Positions 1 to 8,976 of a stretch of DNA of 29,684 nt are shown here, one piece after another. This DNA comes from a virus (Duplodnaviria > Caudoviricetes). A model generated the notes under the pieces. That model was not told the DNA's origin. It searched no databases and worked only from the letters and a program-made list of their open reading frames with translations. The stretch is from positions 1 to 29,684 of the IMG/VR virus record IMGVR_UViG_3300020227_000083; one strand, 5' to 3'. The position numbers were made by a program, and so were the translations under genes. Within the stretch, counting starts at the first letter, position 1, and every line of letters starts with the position of its first letter.

Positions 1-436
1 AAGCGTTATTACTTGATTGGTCTGTTTTATCTAATAAATCTGCCGTTTGTCGTAAATCTTTCGAATTACCTAAGGTCATAATCCAAGAGTTATGAATCAT
101 CATAAAGCTGTTTTTGTGCATAAAAATAGCGTCACCGCTCATTGCGATAACACTTGCGATAGATGCCGCTAAGGCATCAACATAAATATTTACTTTTGCT
201 TTATGCATTTTTAACATGTTGTATATCGCATGACCTTCGAAAACATTACCACCCGCTGAATTGATATGAACATCTATCTCAGATACGTCACCGAGTTGAT
301 TGAGTTCGTTTTTAAAATCGACAGCAGTGACATCTGTTTCGTCCCATTTACTCGAAACAATATCACCATAAATATAAATTTCACCTTTATTCTGGGTCTT
401 CTTGTTCATCTGAAAGTAAGTCTTTGTCTTGTCCAT
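1..436 (-). CDS. ClpP-like prohead maturation protease (runs off the window edge)
   Basis: Hand translation from ATG 436: MDKTKTYFQMNKK...IYIYGDIV...HINSAGGNVFEGHAIYNML...VDALAASIASVIAMSGD...MMIHNSW. ClpP Ser/His motifs; follows the portal. Confidence 0.93.
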   Translation of the reverse strand, partial: MDKTKTYFQMNKKTQNKGEIYIYGDIVSSKWDETDVTAVDFKNELNQLGDVSEIDVHINSAGGNVFEGHAIYNMLKMHKAKVNIYVDALAASIASVIAMSGDAIFMHKNSFMMIHNSWIMTLGNSKDLRQTADLLDKTDQSSNNA

Positions 437-1658
437 GATTGTCACCCCCTTTCGATGTATGTCTTTGTTCTGGTGGTGTATCAATTGGATATAAGTCACC
501 ACTGATTAATGGAACATCGCCACCTTCAACAGGAGGTAAATCTTCCCATGACCTAATATCATTAACCGTATAATAACCACTACGTACAGCTTTAAAATAA
601 ACCTCAGCTTGTGTTTTACTATCTGCACGTAAGAATGATTTAACATTAAATTTGAAGTAATACCCCATCGTCCGTCGATATTTGGTCAATAACTTACGAT
701 TAAATTCTTCTTCATACTGCTTAATGATAGGTAGTAACGTATGTTGTAAATAATAACGGTCAAGTTCTTCATTTGATTTAAATGTCATCGCGTTATTCGC
801 ATTTAAAAATACCGATGGTATCTGAAATACATTCGCAATACGTTCCCTGGTCAAATTTTCAGTAGCTACAATATCTTCAGATACATAATTTTTATTTAAT
901 GGATCAATTTCAACCCCGGGTTCTTGGAATAAAACCCCGCCATTTTCTTTATAAAACTCTTTAAAATTATCAACAGCTTCTTTTCTTTTCTCAGGTGAAA
1001 CATTAGTTCCATATTTAAGTACAAATGATTCAGGTTTCTCCATCTCTTTTAGATTGAAATTTCGAATAGCATTATCAAAATCAGTTGTATTCTTTAATAC
1101 ATCAACAGGACTAATGCCCTGAACCATATTAGAACCCACAATATGTTTGAAATGCATCATATCTGTATTGTGAATGATTAATTTATTATCTGTAGCTGCG
1201 TGGATACTGTAATAAACATCTTTTGAGGTATTTTCAATTAGTATTTCAACGACATCTGGATTAATTAAATATAATTTATTGGGTTGATGATAAATATCAC
1301 GTTCGATTAATACATAAGCATTCCCTTTTTCATTTCGACATGTTTCAATTTGATTAATGAAATCAAAACTACTAATTGAGCCATTCGGCGTATCTGTAAT
1401 GAGTAAAGAAATATCATTGGTTACTGATTCATAATTTTTATAAAGCTTGATAGGAATACTAGCCATTGAATTAGATAATTTAGTAATAGCCGCAAATATC
1501 GTTTCATTGGTTTCTAAAGTGTTATTAATAACACCCCAAAAGTTTTTATTACGCCAAGGCGAAAAGTCGTAAAGCTTTTGCCTGCTTTGGTCTACCCAAT
1601 TATCTATCAATTTTTGTTTCATCTTACTGAGTAAATTTTGTTTAGCGATTGCCTTCAC
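387..1658 (-). CDS. Phage portal protein, HK97 family
   Basis: ~420 aa with GNAY, GISP, IANVFQIP and YTVNDIRSWEDLPP motifs; between terL and protease. Start uncertain (GTG 1658 vs ATC 1649). Confidence 0.95.
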   Translation of the reverse strand: MKAIAKQNLLSKMKQKLIDNWVDQSRQKLYDFSPWRNKNFWGVINNTLETNETIFAAITKLSNSMASIPIKLYKNYESVTNDISLLITDTPNGSISSFDFINQIETCRNEKGNAYVLIERDIYHQPNKLYLINPDVVEILIENTSKDVYYSIHAATDNKLIIHNTDMMHFKHIVGSNMVQGISPVDVLKNTTDFDNAIRNFNLKEMEKPESFVLKYGTNVSPEKRKEAVDNFKEFYKENGGVLFQEPGVEIDPLNKNYVSEDIVATENLTRERIANVFQIPSVFLNANNAMTFKSNEELDRYYLQHTLLPIIKQYEEEFNRKLLTKYRRTMGYYFKFNVKSFLRADSKTQAEVYFKAVRSGYYTVNDIRSWEDLPPVEGGDVPLISGDLYPIDTPPEQRHTSKGGDNHGQDKDLLSDEQEDPE

Positions 1659-1661
1659 CTC

Positions 1662-3356
1662 CTAACTCAGTAATTCTTTCATACTAATAAACTCAATATT
1701 GCCATTACCTGTGTCTGTAACCACTTTATTCATAATGTCAGTGTAAGTATTTAATAACGCTGCAAAACCATCAATTTTACGATAGCGATTTTGTTTCGTT
1801 GGTAACCAATTATCATTACGATCTTTAGTTAATTGAACATTATTGATATACCAACGCATCATTGGGTTATTATTAAAAATAACTTTGCCATCTAAAAACA
1901 ACTCATTTAGGTCTTTTAAAGCTGGACTTAAAGTAATCGCGCCTTGTCTTGTTTCTTCTGTTTCAAAACCATAGTTTTTTAATTCTTGATTGAGTTTAAA
2001 AGCATTCGCACGGTCATACGTTATCTTTTCAACAGGATAATATTGATTCATTTCTGTAATCCAATCATAAACTTGTTGGTAATCAACGTATTGTCCAGGT
2101 GTTATTGTTAAGTAACCTTCCTCTTGCCATTCTCTAAAGGGTATTTTTTCATTAGCGTATTTAACGCGCTCTTCTGGTACCCATGAATGTGAAATAACCG
2201 CAATATTACCATCATCTAAGGCAAAAGTAGCGCAAGCCGCAGTGAAATCTTGTGTTTCAGATAAATCATAACCAATCGTACAAGGTTTCCCTTTGAGTTC
2301 TTCTAAATCAATGACTTTATTATTTTTCTTAAGTGTTTCATAGTCTAAGAAACTCATTTCATCATCGTTCGCAAATATATTAAAGCGTTTCGTTATAAAA
2401 TCCCCACGTTCCGCTGGAACGCGCTTCGCTTTTTCCCAATCCTCTTTCATCGTTTCTAAATCAATCGATACACCCAAATTGGGATTTGCTTTCGCCCAAT
2501 TTTCTGGATTATCTAAATCATCTTCTTTATCTAAAGAAGCTAAGAAATAAAAAGTACGTTCATCTTCAACCACACCATTTAAAGTATCTTCACCAGCGCC
2601 AACCATATCAACTAAAGGACCATCTAACTGATAACCCGCAGTTGTAATATAAACTAGTAAAGGCTGCTTTCTTGATTGTCGAGAGTTTTTTATAACAGAA
2701 ATCAATTTATAATCTTTGTATTCATGGATTTCATCAAACACACCAATATGTGTATTTAAACCATCTAACTTCTCACTATCTGCTGCTTGGGGTTCGATTT
2801 TCGAATTTGTTTTATCGTAATATATGGCATCTCTTCTTGGTCTGAAATTTTTATTTAATTTAGGTGAAGCTTTTATCATCTTGGTTGATTCATCAAATAA
2901 TAATCGAGCTTGTTTCATACCATTAGCTAGTAGAACAACATCTGCCCCGGGTTCGCCATCTTCTGAAGCACCATAAGTTGTTAAACCTGATATCAAAGTC
3001 GTTTTACCATTTTTACGCCCAACAAAAACGACGCCTTCTTTAAAGCGTCGTAAACGTGTTTCTTTATCTACCCAACCAAACAAAGAACCAATAATAAAAT
3101 GTTGCCATGGTTGTAATATGAGTTGTCCGTATTCGCCTTTCGAAGGTTTACAGAACTTTTCGATAAATCTTATTGGTTTATGTCCTTTTTCTTCATCAAA
3201 TTCCCACCGATGATTATCATTTTTGAGGTAATTTAAATGCCTTTGGCATTCTTTTCTAACGTATTCATTCGCCGTAATATTACCTCTAACGACTTGTTGC
3301 GCATACCATGTGGTGAGCAATTTAGGTGAAGGTTTATTCAATACTTTAATAGTCAC
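1662..3356 (-). CDS. terL: Terminase large subunit
   Basis: LQPWQ, Walker A GRKNGKT, Walker B VFDEIHE, ITTAG, GYDLS, YDR, KIDG. GTG start at 3356 after GGAGG. Confidence 0.97.
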   Translation of the reverse strand: MTIKVLNKPSPKLLTTWYAQQVVRGNITANEYVRKECQRHLNYLKNDNHRWEFDEEKGHKPIRFIEKFCKPSKGEYGQLILQPWQHFIIGSLFGWVDKETRLRRFKEGVVFVGRKNGKTTLISGLTTYGASEDGEPGADVVLLANGMKQARLLFDESTKMIKASPKLNKNFRPRRDAIYYDKTNSKIEPQAADSEKLDGLNTHIGVFDEIHEYKDYKLISVIKNSRQSRKQPLLVYITTAGYQLDGPLVDMVGAGEDTLNGVVEDERTFYFLASLDKEDDLDNPENWAKANPNLGVSIDLETMKEDWEKAKRVPAERGDFITKRFNIFANDDEMSFLDYETLKKNNKVIDLEELKGKPCTIGYDLSETQDFTAACATFALDDGNIAVISHSWVPEERVKYANEKIPFREWQEEGYLTITPGQYVDYQQVYDWITEMNQYYPVEKITYDRANAFKLNQELKNYGFETEETRQGAITLSPALKDLNELFLDGKVIFNNNPMMRWYINNVQLTKDRNDNWLPTKQNRYRKIDGFAALLNTYTDIMNKVVTDTGNGNIEFISMKELLS

Positions 3357-3654
3357 CAAAACCGTCCTCCTCTGATTCAACAATTTTTTCTCTTTGTGCT
3401 GCGGTTAATCCTAATGACTTTAATAAATTATTTAGCGTTTGAACCGTTTTCGTTAATTCAATACTTAATGGGTTTTTAACTAAATTCGTAGCGCCTGCTT
3501 TATTCGTATGTTCATACATAAGCTGAGACTCTTCGAGTTCATCTCTTAATCGACAATAAAATTTATAAGTCTCTAAATAGAGATCTATTAAGATATCATC
3601 TGAAGTTTGATAACCATCGATATAACTGACTAATTGCTTTTTTGTTAATTCCAA
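3346..3654 (-). CDS. terS: Terminase small subunit (P27-like)
   Basis: KNP...LGLTAAQR motif; overlaps the terL start. Confidence 0.9.
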   Translation of the reverse strand: MELTKKQLVSYIDGYQTSDDILIDLYLETYKFYCRLRDELEESQLMYEHTNKAGATNLVKNPLSIELTKTVQTLNNLLKSLGLTAAQREKIVESEEDGFGDY

Positions 3655-3753
3655 CCTTTACCCCCCTTTCATGAAAAAATCGTTTGTGTTGCGAACGCTT
3701 CAACTGTCCGCGGTCTCTTTATTTCTTTTTCTCAAAACAAAAACCAGGGGGCA
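3655..3753. other. Probable cos (packaging) region
   Basis: Intergenic between HNH and terS, the usual cos location in HNH-terS-terL phages; GC-rich patch ACTGTCCGCGGTC near 3703-3715. Exact ends not determinable. Confidence 0.5.
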
Positions 3754-4476
3754 TCAAAGTTTTATCGTTCGCACTTTTCTTTCTACATTTTCTGTTGTAA
3801 AAACTTCCTCTTCATCTTTCGCATGAATTCTATTGTGACACTTCGAACAAACACACATGAGATTATCTAAATCTAGAGCTTTTTGAAAATCACTTTTAAC
3901 ATAAATGATATGATGAACTAACTCAGCATCTGTATATTTATGTTTCCTTAAACACATTTGACACAAATGATTGTCTCTTTCTAATGCCATGTGTCTCAAT
4001 GTATGCCAGTCTTTAGACTTGTATAACCTCTTGGTTTCCTTTGTTAGCTCATCACTATCTATTAATCCTTTGTTGTATATATACTTGCCATACCATTCAT
4101 GTATCACTTGCATAACGTGTTGCTTATTGTGTCTATCACTAATGCTTAGTCTTCGCTTGCATTCATCTAATGATGTATCCATTTGTTTGTACTGTGTATT
4201 AAAGTGTGTCTCTACCTTGTCTTGTAATGTGTAAGATAAGTATGTCGTAATCATGTAGAGTGTACCCGCTGTTGTTTGTTTAGCATGGTCTATCATCTTA
4301 TTTCTTATGTCCATGACTAACTTATGTGCACTATCGTTGTGTTGTTGATACTGACTATTTGTTAATGCTTGCGTTAAGGCATCATAATCGAATACTAAAT
4401 CGGTATCCTGCATAACTTCATTAACATATGTTGTCTTGCCGCTCATTGGCGCACCGTACACAACTACTATCCTCAT
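3754..4476 (-). CDS. Packaging HNH endonuclease fused to an N-terminal P-loop (kinase/AAA_33-like) domain
   Basis: N-term VVVYGAPMSGKTT; C-term ALERDNHLCQMC...VHHI...LMCVCSKCHNRIH. Confidence 0.85.
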   Translation of the reverse strand: MRIVVVYGAPMSGKTTYVNEVMQDTDLVFDYDALTQALTNSQYQQHNDSAHKLVMDIRNKMIDHAKQTTAGTLYMITTYLSYTLQDKVETHFNTQYKQMDTSLDECKRRLSISDRHNKQHVMQVIHEWYGKYIYNKGLIDSDELTKETKRLYKSKDWHTLRHMALERDNHLCQMCLRKHKYTDAELVHHIIYVKSDFQKALDLDNLMCVCSKCHNRIHAKDEEEVFTTENVERKVRTIKL

Positions 4477-4511
4477 ACTTGTTCACTCCCTTACTCGTTC
4501 GTCTACACAAC

Positions 4512-4545
4512 AAAAAGAGACACACCTGCGGAATAGATGTGTCTC
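4512..4545 (-). terminator. Terminator-like hairpin upstream of the HNH gene
   Basis: GAGACACA (4517-4524) / TGTGTCTC (4538-4545), followed by a T tract on the minus strand. Confidence 0.5.
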
Positions 4546-4603
4546 GATATAATATAGTATTATTTATAATTACCTATGTTATCATAATAAGGCTTTTATA
4601 GAT

Positions 4604-4626
4604 GGACTTATATAGGGTCAAAGTCC
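4604..4626. promoter_or_regulatory. Candidate RinA-binding inverted repeat at the late promoter
   Basis: GGACTT-N11-AAGTCC just after the rinA stop and upstream of the packaging operon. Confidence 0.45.
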
Positions 4627-4630
4627 GTTC

Positions 4631-5047
4631 CTATACATAACCTATATAATCTGCTAATTTAATAAGCATTGCATTACGTTTACGTAGTATTGTTGTCTTG
4701 CTTACATGGAAACGGTCAGCTATTTGTTCCCATTGATTACAATCTATTGGACAATCCCAATATCTTAATCGAATCATCTCTAAAGTTTCATCTTCTAGTT
4801 CATCAAGTAATTTGTCTACACCCCTTACAATGTTGTATAAACTGTTGTACTTATTATCTTTATATTTCACTAAAACTTCTTGTTCTACTGGTCTTCCTGG
4901 AAGATTAGATTTACCACCATCAGGATTAATAGTCTCATGATTTTCTAACAGTTCATATTCTCTAAAGCGTAATTGTTTACGATATTGTTTTATATTCTTA
5001 ATGTAATCCTCTAATTTTTTAATGTCATATCGTTCAATAGCTATCAT
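4631..5047 (-). CDS. rinA: RinA-family late transcriptional activator
   Basis: DIKKLEDYI...RLRYWD...WEQIADRFHVSKTTILRKR; located before the packaging genes. Confidence 0.88.
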   Translation of the reverse strand: MIAIERYDIKKLEDYIKNIKQYRKQLRFREYELLENHETINPDGGKSNLPGRPVEQEVLVKYKDNKYNSLYNIVRGVDKLLDELEDETLEMIRLRYWDCPIDCNQWEQIADRFHVSKTTILRKRNAMLIKLADYIGYV

Positions 5048-5109
5048 CTAATTCCTCCAGTTACTTTCTATTTGGGTTGTTGTGTACTTCTGCTTTATAT
5101 ACATCATAT

Positions 5110-5355
5110 TCATGAGTATTTAGATGAATCAGTGTTATACTTTTTCATTTGTGATCTCTCTCGTAATGATTCACTTAATTTCTTAGGTTCTTTATGTGGC
5201 TTACTACTAAGCTCTCTCTTAATCTCTTGTTGTAGTAATACATTTTGTTTAAACAGATTAAATATCTTCTCGTTCTTTTTATCGTTCAACACAATCAAGC
5301 TAATGATTAACGCTATGATTACTATGCTGAATACAAAGGTTAGAATTACCCACAT
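5110..5355 (-). CDS. Small N-terminally hydrophobic phage protein (DUF1514-like)
   Basis: Starts MWVILTFVF after AAGGAGG; typical gene between rinB and rinA. Confidence 0.6.
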   Translation of the reverse strand: MWVILTFVFSIVIIALIISLIVLNDKKNEKIFNLFKQNVLLQQEIKRELSSKPHKEPKKLSESLRERSQMKKYNTDSSKYS

Positions 5356-5368
5356 ATTATTATCCTCC

Positions 5369-5722
5369 TTAATACTTTTTCCATGCATCTACTTCATCGT
5401 AACCAGGTTGTTCTACCATATCGTTAGCCTGTTTCTTAACTATGATTTCGTATGTGATTTCTTTACTTAGTTCATATAGTGCAATGATCAGTAGTGTCCT
5501 AAGTATGCGTTTAGGAGTTTCTAATTTATAAGTGCCTTTAATAAAATTATCTTTAATAAACTTCTTAGTCATAAAATGTTGCGTATTTACTTCAACATAT
5601 TTATGTTTTTTATCACCTAGCATTATAGGGTGCTTTAATTTCTTAATCTCCATTAAGTCGCCAGGTCCTACCAGGTTATCGAATCCAAGTTGCATAGGTT
5701 TTTTAGCCATATATTTAGTCAT
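5369..5722 (-). CDS. rinB: RinB-domain protein with N-terminal extension
   Basis: C-term KRILRTLLIIALYELSKEITYEIIVKKQANDMVEQP resembles RinB. Confidence 0.65.
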   Translation of the reverse strand: MTKYMAKKPMQLGFDNLVGPGDLMEIKKLKHPIMLGDKKHKYVEVNTQHFMTKKFIKDNFIKGTYKLETPKRILRTLLIIALYELSKEITYEIIVKKQANDMVEQPGYDEVDAWKKY

Positions 5723-5883
5723 TCGCCGTCCTCCATCTCCATACTCATTTTAAGTTTGAATTTATTAAGTTCTTTCGTAGCTACTCTTAATTCTTTTAAC
5801 GCACGTTCTACTCTCTTAGTTAATAAAGTCAGTTCATTTATATTTTCGATATTAATACTTGCCTTCATTTTAATCTCTTCCAT
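5719..5883 (-). CDS. Hypothetical phage protein (54 aa)
   Basis: GGAGG SD; MEEIKMKASINIEN...; ATGA overlap with the next gene. Confidence 0.65.
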   Translation of the reverse strand: MEEIKMKASINIENINELTLLTKRVERALKELRVATKELNKFKLKMSMEMEDGE

Positions 5884-5900
5884 TATTTATTCATCCTCCG

Positions 5901-6134
5901 TTATCCTCTAATAAATTCGATAATCATTATTATTATCACTACTAATAAAGTTATAAGTGCTATTGCTGTAATTCCTAGCAATCCATAAACTAATACGTAT
6001 TCCCACCAATGATTAAGTTCTATAGATGCATCACTACTTGAATTCATATTATTTACGTTTGTTGCTGATGCTGGGTTAGCAGGGTTAATTGGATTTGCTG
6101 GATGCGCTGGATTAGCTGGGTTCATTTTACTCAC
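5901..6134 (-). CDS. Small membrane protein with NPA tripeptide repeats
   Basis: MNPANPAHPANPINPANPAS plus a C-terminal hydrophobic helix; coupled to the upstream gene. Confidence 0.7.
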   Translation of the reverse strand: MSKMNPANPAHPANPINPANPASATNVNNMNSSSDASIELNHWWEYVLVYGLLGITAIALITLLVVIIIMIIEFIRG

Positions 6135-6313
6135 TGTCCTTTCTTATTCTTCGTGAAAGCTTCATTTAATTTTTGTGCTTTATACTTACGTTCCGCCTCT
6201 TCCTTACTCTCTGCCTCAATCACAGTAAACGTTTCATTCTCTCGCGCTTTAGTTATATGAACGAAAGGGTGACCGGTTGAATCTGTTAATGTGCGTATTA
6301 GGTGTTGTGTCAT
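6131..6313 (-). CDS. DUF1381-like phage protein
   Basis: TDSTG...ARENETFTVIEAESKEEA signature. Confidence 0.75.
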   Translation of the reverse strand: MTQHLIRTLTDSTGHPFVHITKARENETFTVIEAESKEEAERKYKAQKLNEAFTKNKKGQ

Positions 6314-6483
6314 CTAATTTCAAACTCCACTTCTTTGGGAATAACTACAATGTTATATTCTGTGTATAATTCAGAAAACTTACTTACTATATGCACTAAA
6401 GTACTATCGGGTATATTCTTACCTTGTAAAATGAAAATTTCTTTATTCCAACCACGATATATAATTTTGCTTTGTTCTCTCAT
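6310..6483 (-). CDS. Hypothetical phage protein (57 aa)
   Basis: MREQSKIIYRGWNKEIFILQG...; ATGA overlap with the next gene. Confidence 0.6.
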   Translation of the reverse strand: MREQSKIIYRGWNKEIFILQGKNIPDSTLVHIVSKFSELYTEYNIVVIPKEVEFEIR

Positions 6484-6519
6484 TTCCTCAACACCTCTTT
6501 AACTTTCTCTAATATGTCT

Positions 6520-7143
6520 TTAGTATCCTGTACTTCCAAAACCTTTTTCTCCTCTTGCTGTTTCATTGCTAAACTCCTTAACTGGTACTAACTCTGGTGT
6601 CCATATTGGTACGATAACTAACTGTGCTAGTCGTTCGCCTTTGTTGATTTGGTAACAACCCTCCATAACTAAGTTCTCATCTGTTTTAGGTCTTTCAATG
6701 TATTCGCCATCTATTCCAATAGGTGACCAATGAAAGTTATAACTATTCCAATTCTCTAATGATTCCATATCATTCTTAATATTAATCTGCATATGACCTT
6801 GATAGCCCGAATCAATCTTTCCTGTCTCAACTACAAGATGTGTCTTACTACTCACACCACTTCTGCTCGTCAGTAATCCCACATAGCCTTTAGGAATATT
6901 CACTGCTAGATCAGTAGCAATTAACGCTTTCTGTTGTGGTTCAAGTATTACTGTTTCTGCTGCGTATATATCATAACCAGCTGATTCATCATCTGCTCGT
7001 TTAGGTTTAGTTGCGTTGTCGCTTAGTAGTTTTATTTGTAATGAGTGACTGTTTTCATATCCATCTACAAAAGTATAGTTGTCATTTACTCTTAGTGAAA
7101 TTTTAGGGTTATTCACCTTTTGTTCGTATTTTCTTGTCTCCAT
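6520..7143 (-). CDS. dut: Trimeric dUTPase with phage-type central insertion
   Basis: Motifs AGYDI, SRSG, GKIDSGYQG, RLAQLV, RGEKGFGSTG. Confidence 0.95.
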   Translation of the reverse strand: METRKYEQKVNNPKISLRVNDNYTFVDGYENSHSLQIKLLSDNATKPKRADDESAGYDIYAAETVILEPQQKALIATDLAVNIPKGYVGLLTSRSGVSSKTHLVVETGKIDSGYQGHMQINIKNDMESLENWNSYNFHWSPIGIDGEYIERPKTDENLVMEGCYQINKGERLAQLVIVPIWTPELVPVKEFSNETARGEKGFGSTGY

Positions 7144-7389
7144 CTACTCGTCCTCCATATCGTATTTCTCAATTACAGATTCGACATCGTACATATAAGA
7201 TTGTGTGTTCTCGTAATAACCTGTAATGTCCGAAGTCTTTTCTATTTCTCTAATTTCATCAAACGCCTTTGCTTTGCGATAGACTTCATGTAGTTCTTTT
7301 ACTCTCTCTTGTCTTTTCTCTTTTTCGTGACTAAACACTGCCTCAGTACCTATTACATTTTTAATGTATTCTTCATACTCATACGCCAT
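7144..7389 (-). CDS. DUF1024-like phage protein
   Basis: ELHEVYRKAKAFDEI motif; located before dut. Confidence 0.6.
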   Translation of the reverse strand: MAYEYEEYIKNVIGTEAVFSHEKEKRQERVKELHEVYRKAKAFDEIREIEKTSDITGYYENTQSYMYDVESVIEKYDMEDE

Positions 7390-7728
7390 CTAATCACGCT
7401 CCAATCTATCAATATAGTTAACCAAATCTATATAGCGACTTACTCCAGGATTGTTTTCTGCTTTCATACGTATGTGGTTGGTTAGGGTGGTGTATAGTTT
7501 ACGTAACTTTTTAATTACAAATTCTGCTTCATCTTGGTTTAGTTCTTCTATATATAAATCGTTCTGTAATCTAACATTTTCATGCGCTAATTCTGAAACT
7601 CGTTTTTCCAACCTACTAATATTAGCTTTCAACACTGCTATATCATCGATTAGTGTGTCGCGTTCTGCTTTGTATTGGTCGCGTTGTTCCTTAACTGCTT
7701 CAACAGTCATTTTCCAAAAGTTAACCAC
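7390..7728 (-). CDS. Hypothetical coiled-coil phage protein
   Basis: In operon; heptad-rich. Confidence 0.65.
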   Translation of the reverse strand: MVNFWKMTVEAVKEQRDQYKAERDTLIDDIAVLKANISRLEKRVSELAHENVRLQNDLYIEELNQDEAEFVIKKLRKLYTTLTNHIRMKAENNPGVSRYIDLVNYIDRLERD

Positions 7729-7734
7729 TCGCCA

Positions 7735-8112
7735 TCACTCCTCTATTAAATGTGGGTGTTCAAATTTGTTTCCAATAACTTCGTATCCTGCTTTAGCTGT
7801 ATCTTGTAAATTTCTCCCAAAATTAGTATTTACATTTCTTATACCAAACGAAGCCATGGTATCCCTATAAGGATAGAAAACAACACCTGTTCCTTGCACT
7901 TTGTGATGTAGTATATCCCCCTCAAATATTTCCTTACCGTTCTTGTCGAATAGCCCAGTTGATTGCATGAGTTCGTAATAAGTGATCGAAGATTTCGTTG
8001 TTTCTCCGGGTAACTGTTCTATAATATGTGCTACTTCTCCATTTTCTAAATCAATTCCTGCAGGCGTAATCATGCATTCGTAAAACTTATCCCACGCTCT
8101 AAACTTAATCAT
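7735..8112 (-). CDS. YopX family protein
   Basis: MIKFRAWDK...MQSTGLFDKNGKEIFEGDI...EVIGNKFEHP. Confidence 0.93.
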   Translation of the reverse strand: MIKFRAWDKFYECMITPAGIDLENGEVAHIIEQLPGETTKSSITYYELMQSTGLFDKNGKEIFEGDILHHKVQGTGVVFYPYRDTMASFGIRNVNTNFGRNLQDTAKAGYEVIGNKFEHPHLIEE

Positions 8113-8493
8113 CTACTCCACCAGCTTTCCGTTGCGCCAGATTAATTTAAATTTGCCATCAATGTATGCGTGAAATTCTTTATCTTTTCCATATTTTATG
8201 TCGTTGATAGAATTATTTTCATAGGAAGCACTAAGGTCACAATCATCAATGAACACAATATGTCTAAATTTCGTATCTTCCGTAATTTCTTCCTCGACTT
8301 CGACTGTGAAAATGTCTGCTGGCTTTACTGTTCCATTTAATCTAACCCCGTTTTCCTCACTGTTAAAAGAAACGTAATCACGCATTGTTGCTCCGATTTT
8401 CTCAAACATCTTATATTGTGATTGTTCAGGATTATCCCACGCCCACTCAATCAACTGTGGTAAGTTTAGTTGTTTCTTAGTTTTGATTTTCAT
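8113..8493 (-). CDS. Conserved staphylococcal phage hypothetical protein
   Basis: MKIKTKKQLNLPQLIEWAW...LIWRNGKLVE; abuts yopX. Confidence 0.75.
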   Translation of the reverse strand: MKIKTKKQLNLPQLIEWAWDNPEQSQYKMFEKIGATMRDYVSFNSEENGVRLNGTVKPADIFTVEVEEEITEDTKFRHIVFIDDCDLSASYENNSINDIKYGKDKEFHAYIDGKFKLIWRNGKLVE

Positions 8494-8494
8494 A

Positions 8495-8905
8495 TTATTC
8501 GTCCTCCGTCTTTTGCATGATATAAGGTGACTGTCTGCAATAATTAAAATTTACTTTCACAAAACCTATTAATCTAACGCCTTTAAATTGCTTTAACATT
8601 TCAATATCTTTTTCACTAACACCATCTACAAATAAGATGTCGCCCTCTTTTAACAGACCGTCTTTACAAAGAATTTGTCTTACTGAATAACCTTTCACAT
8701 TTGGGTCTATACGTTTAGTTATTTTAATAAAATCTCTACTAGGACCTACATAATATCCGTTATGCTTTTTCGCTAAATTAATTAAATTTACTGTTTTACC
8801 ACTTTTTCTTTTTAAAAAATGGTCAGGTATTAACGTATTAATATCGCTACCTTCTGTTGCTTTTACACATCTATCTAATTTTTTATATTGTTTTTGAAAT
8901 TTCAT
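8495..8905 (-). CDS. Hypothetical protein with degenerate P-loop-like motifs
   Basis: RKSGKT and ILFVDG; GGAGG SD. Confidence 0.6.
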   Translation of the reverse strand: MKFQKQYKKLDRCVKATEGSDINTLIPDHFLKRKSGKTVNLINLAKKHNGYYVGPSRDFIKITKRIDPNVKGYSVRQILCKDGLLKEGDILFVDGVSEKDIEMLKQFKGVRLIGFVKVNFNYCRQSPYIMQKTEDE

Positions 8906-8976
8906 ATTCTTTCATCCTCCTATAATCTACTTAAAAACTCTTTAAACTCTATAATATATTTATATCTATAACTGAA

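Noticed and set aside
3688-3704. GTTGCG half-site near cos as a CI operator
   Set aside because: Lacks the second half-site at N4 spacing.
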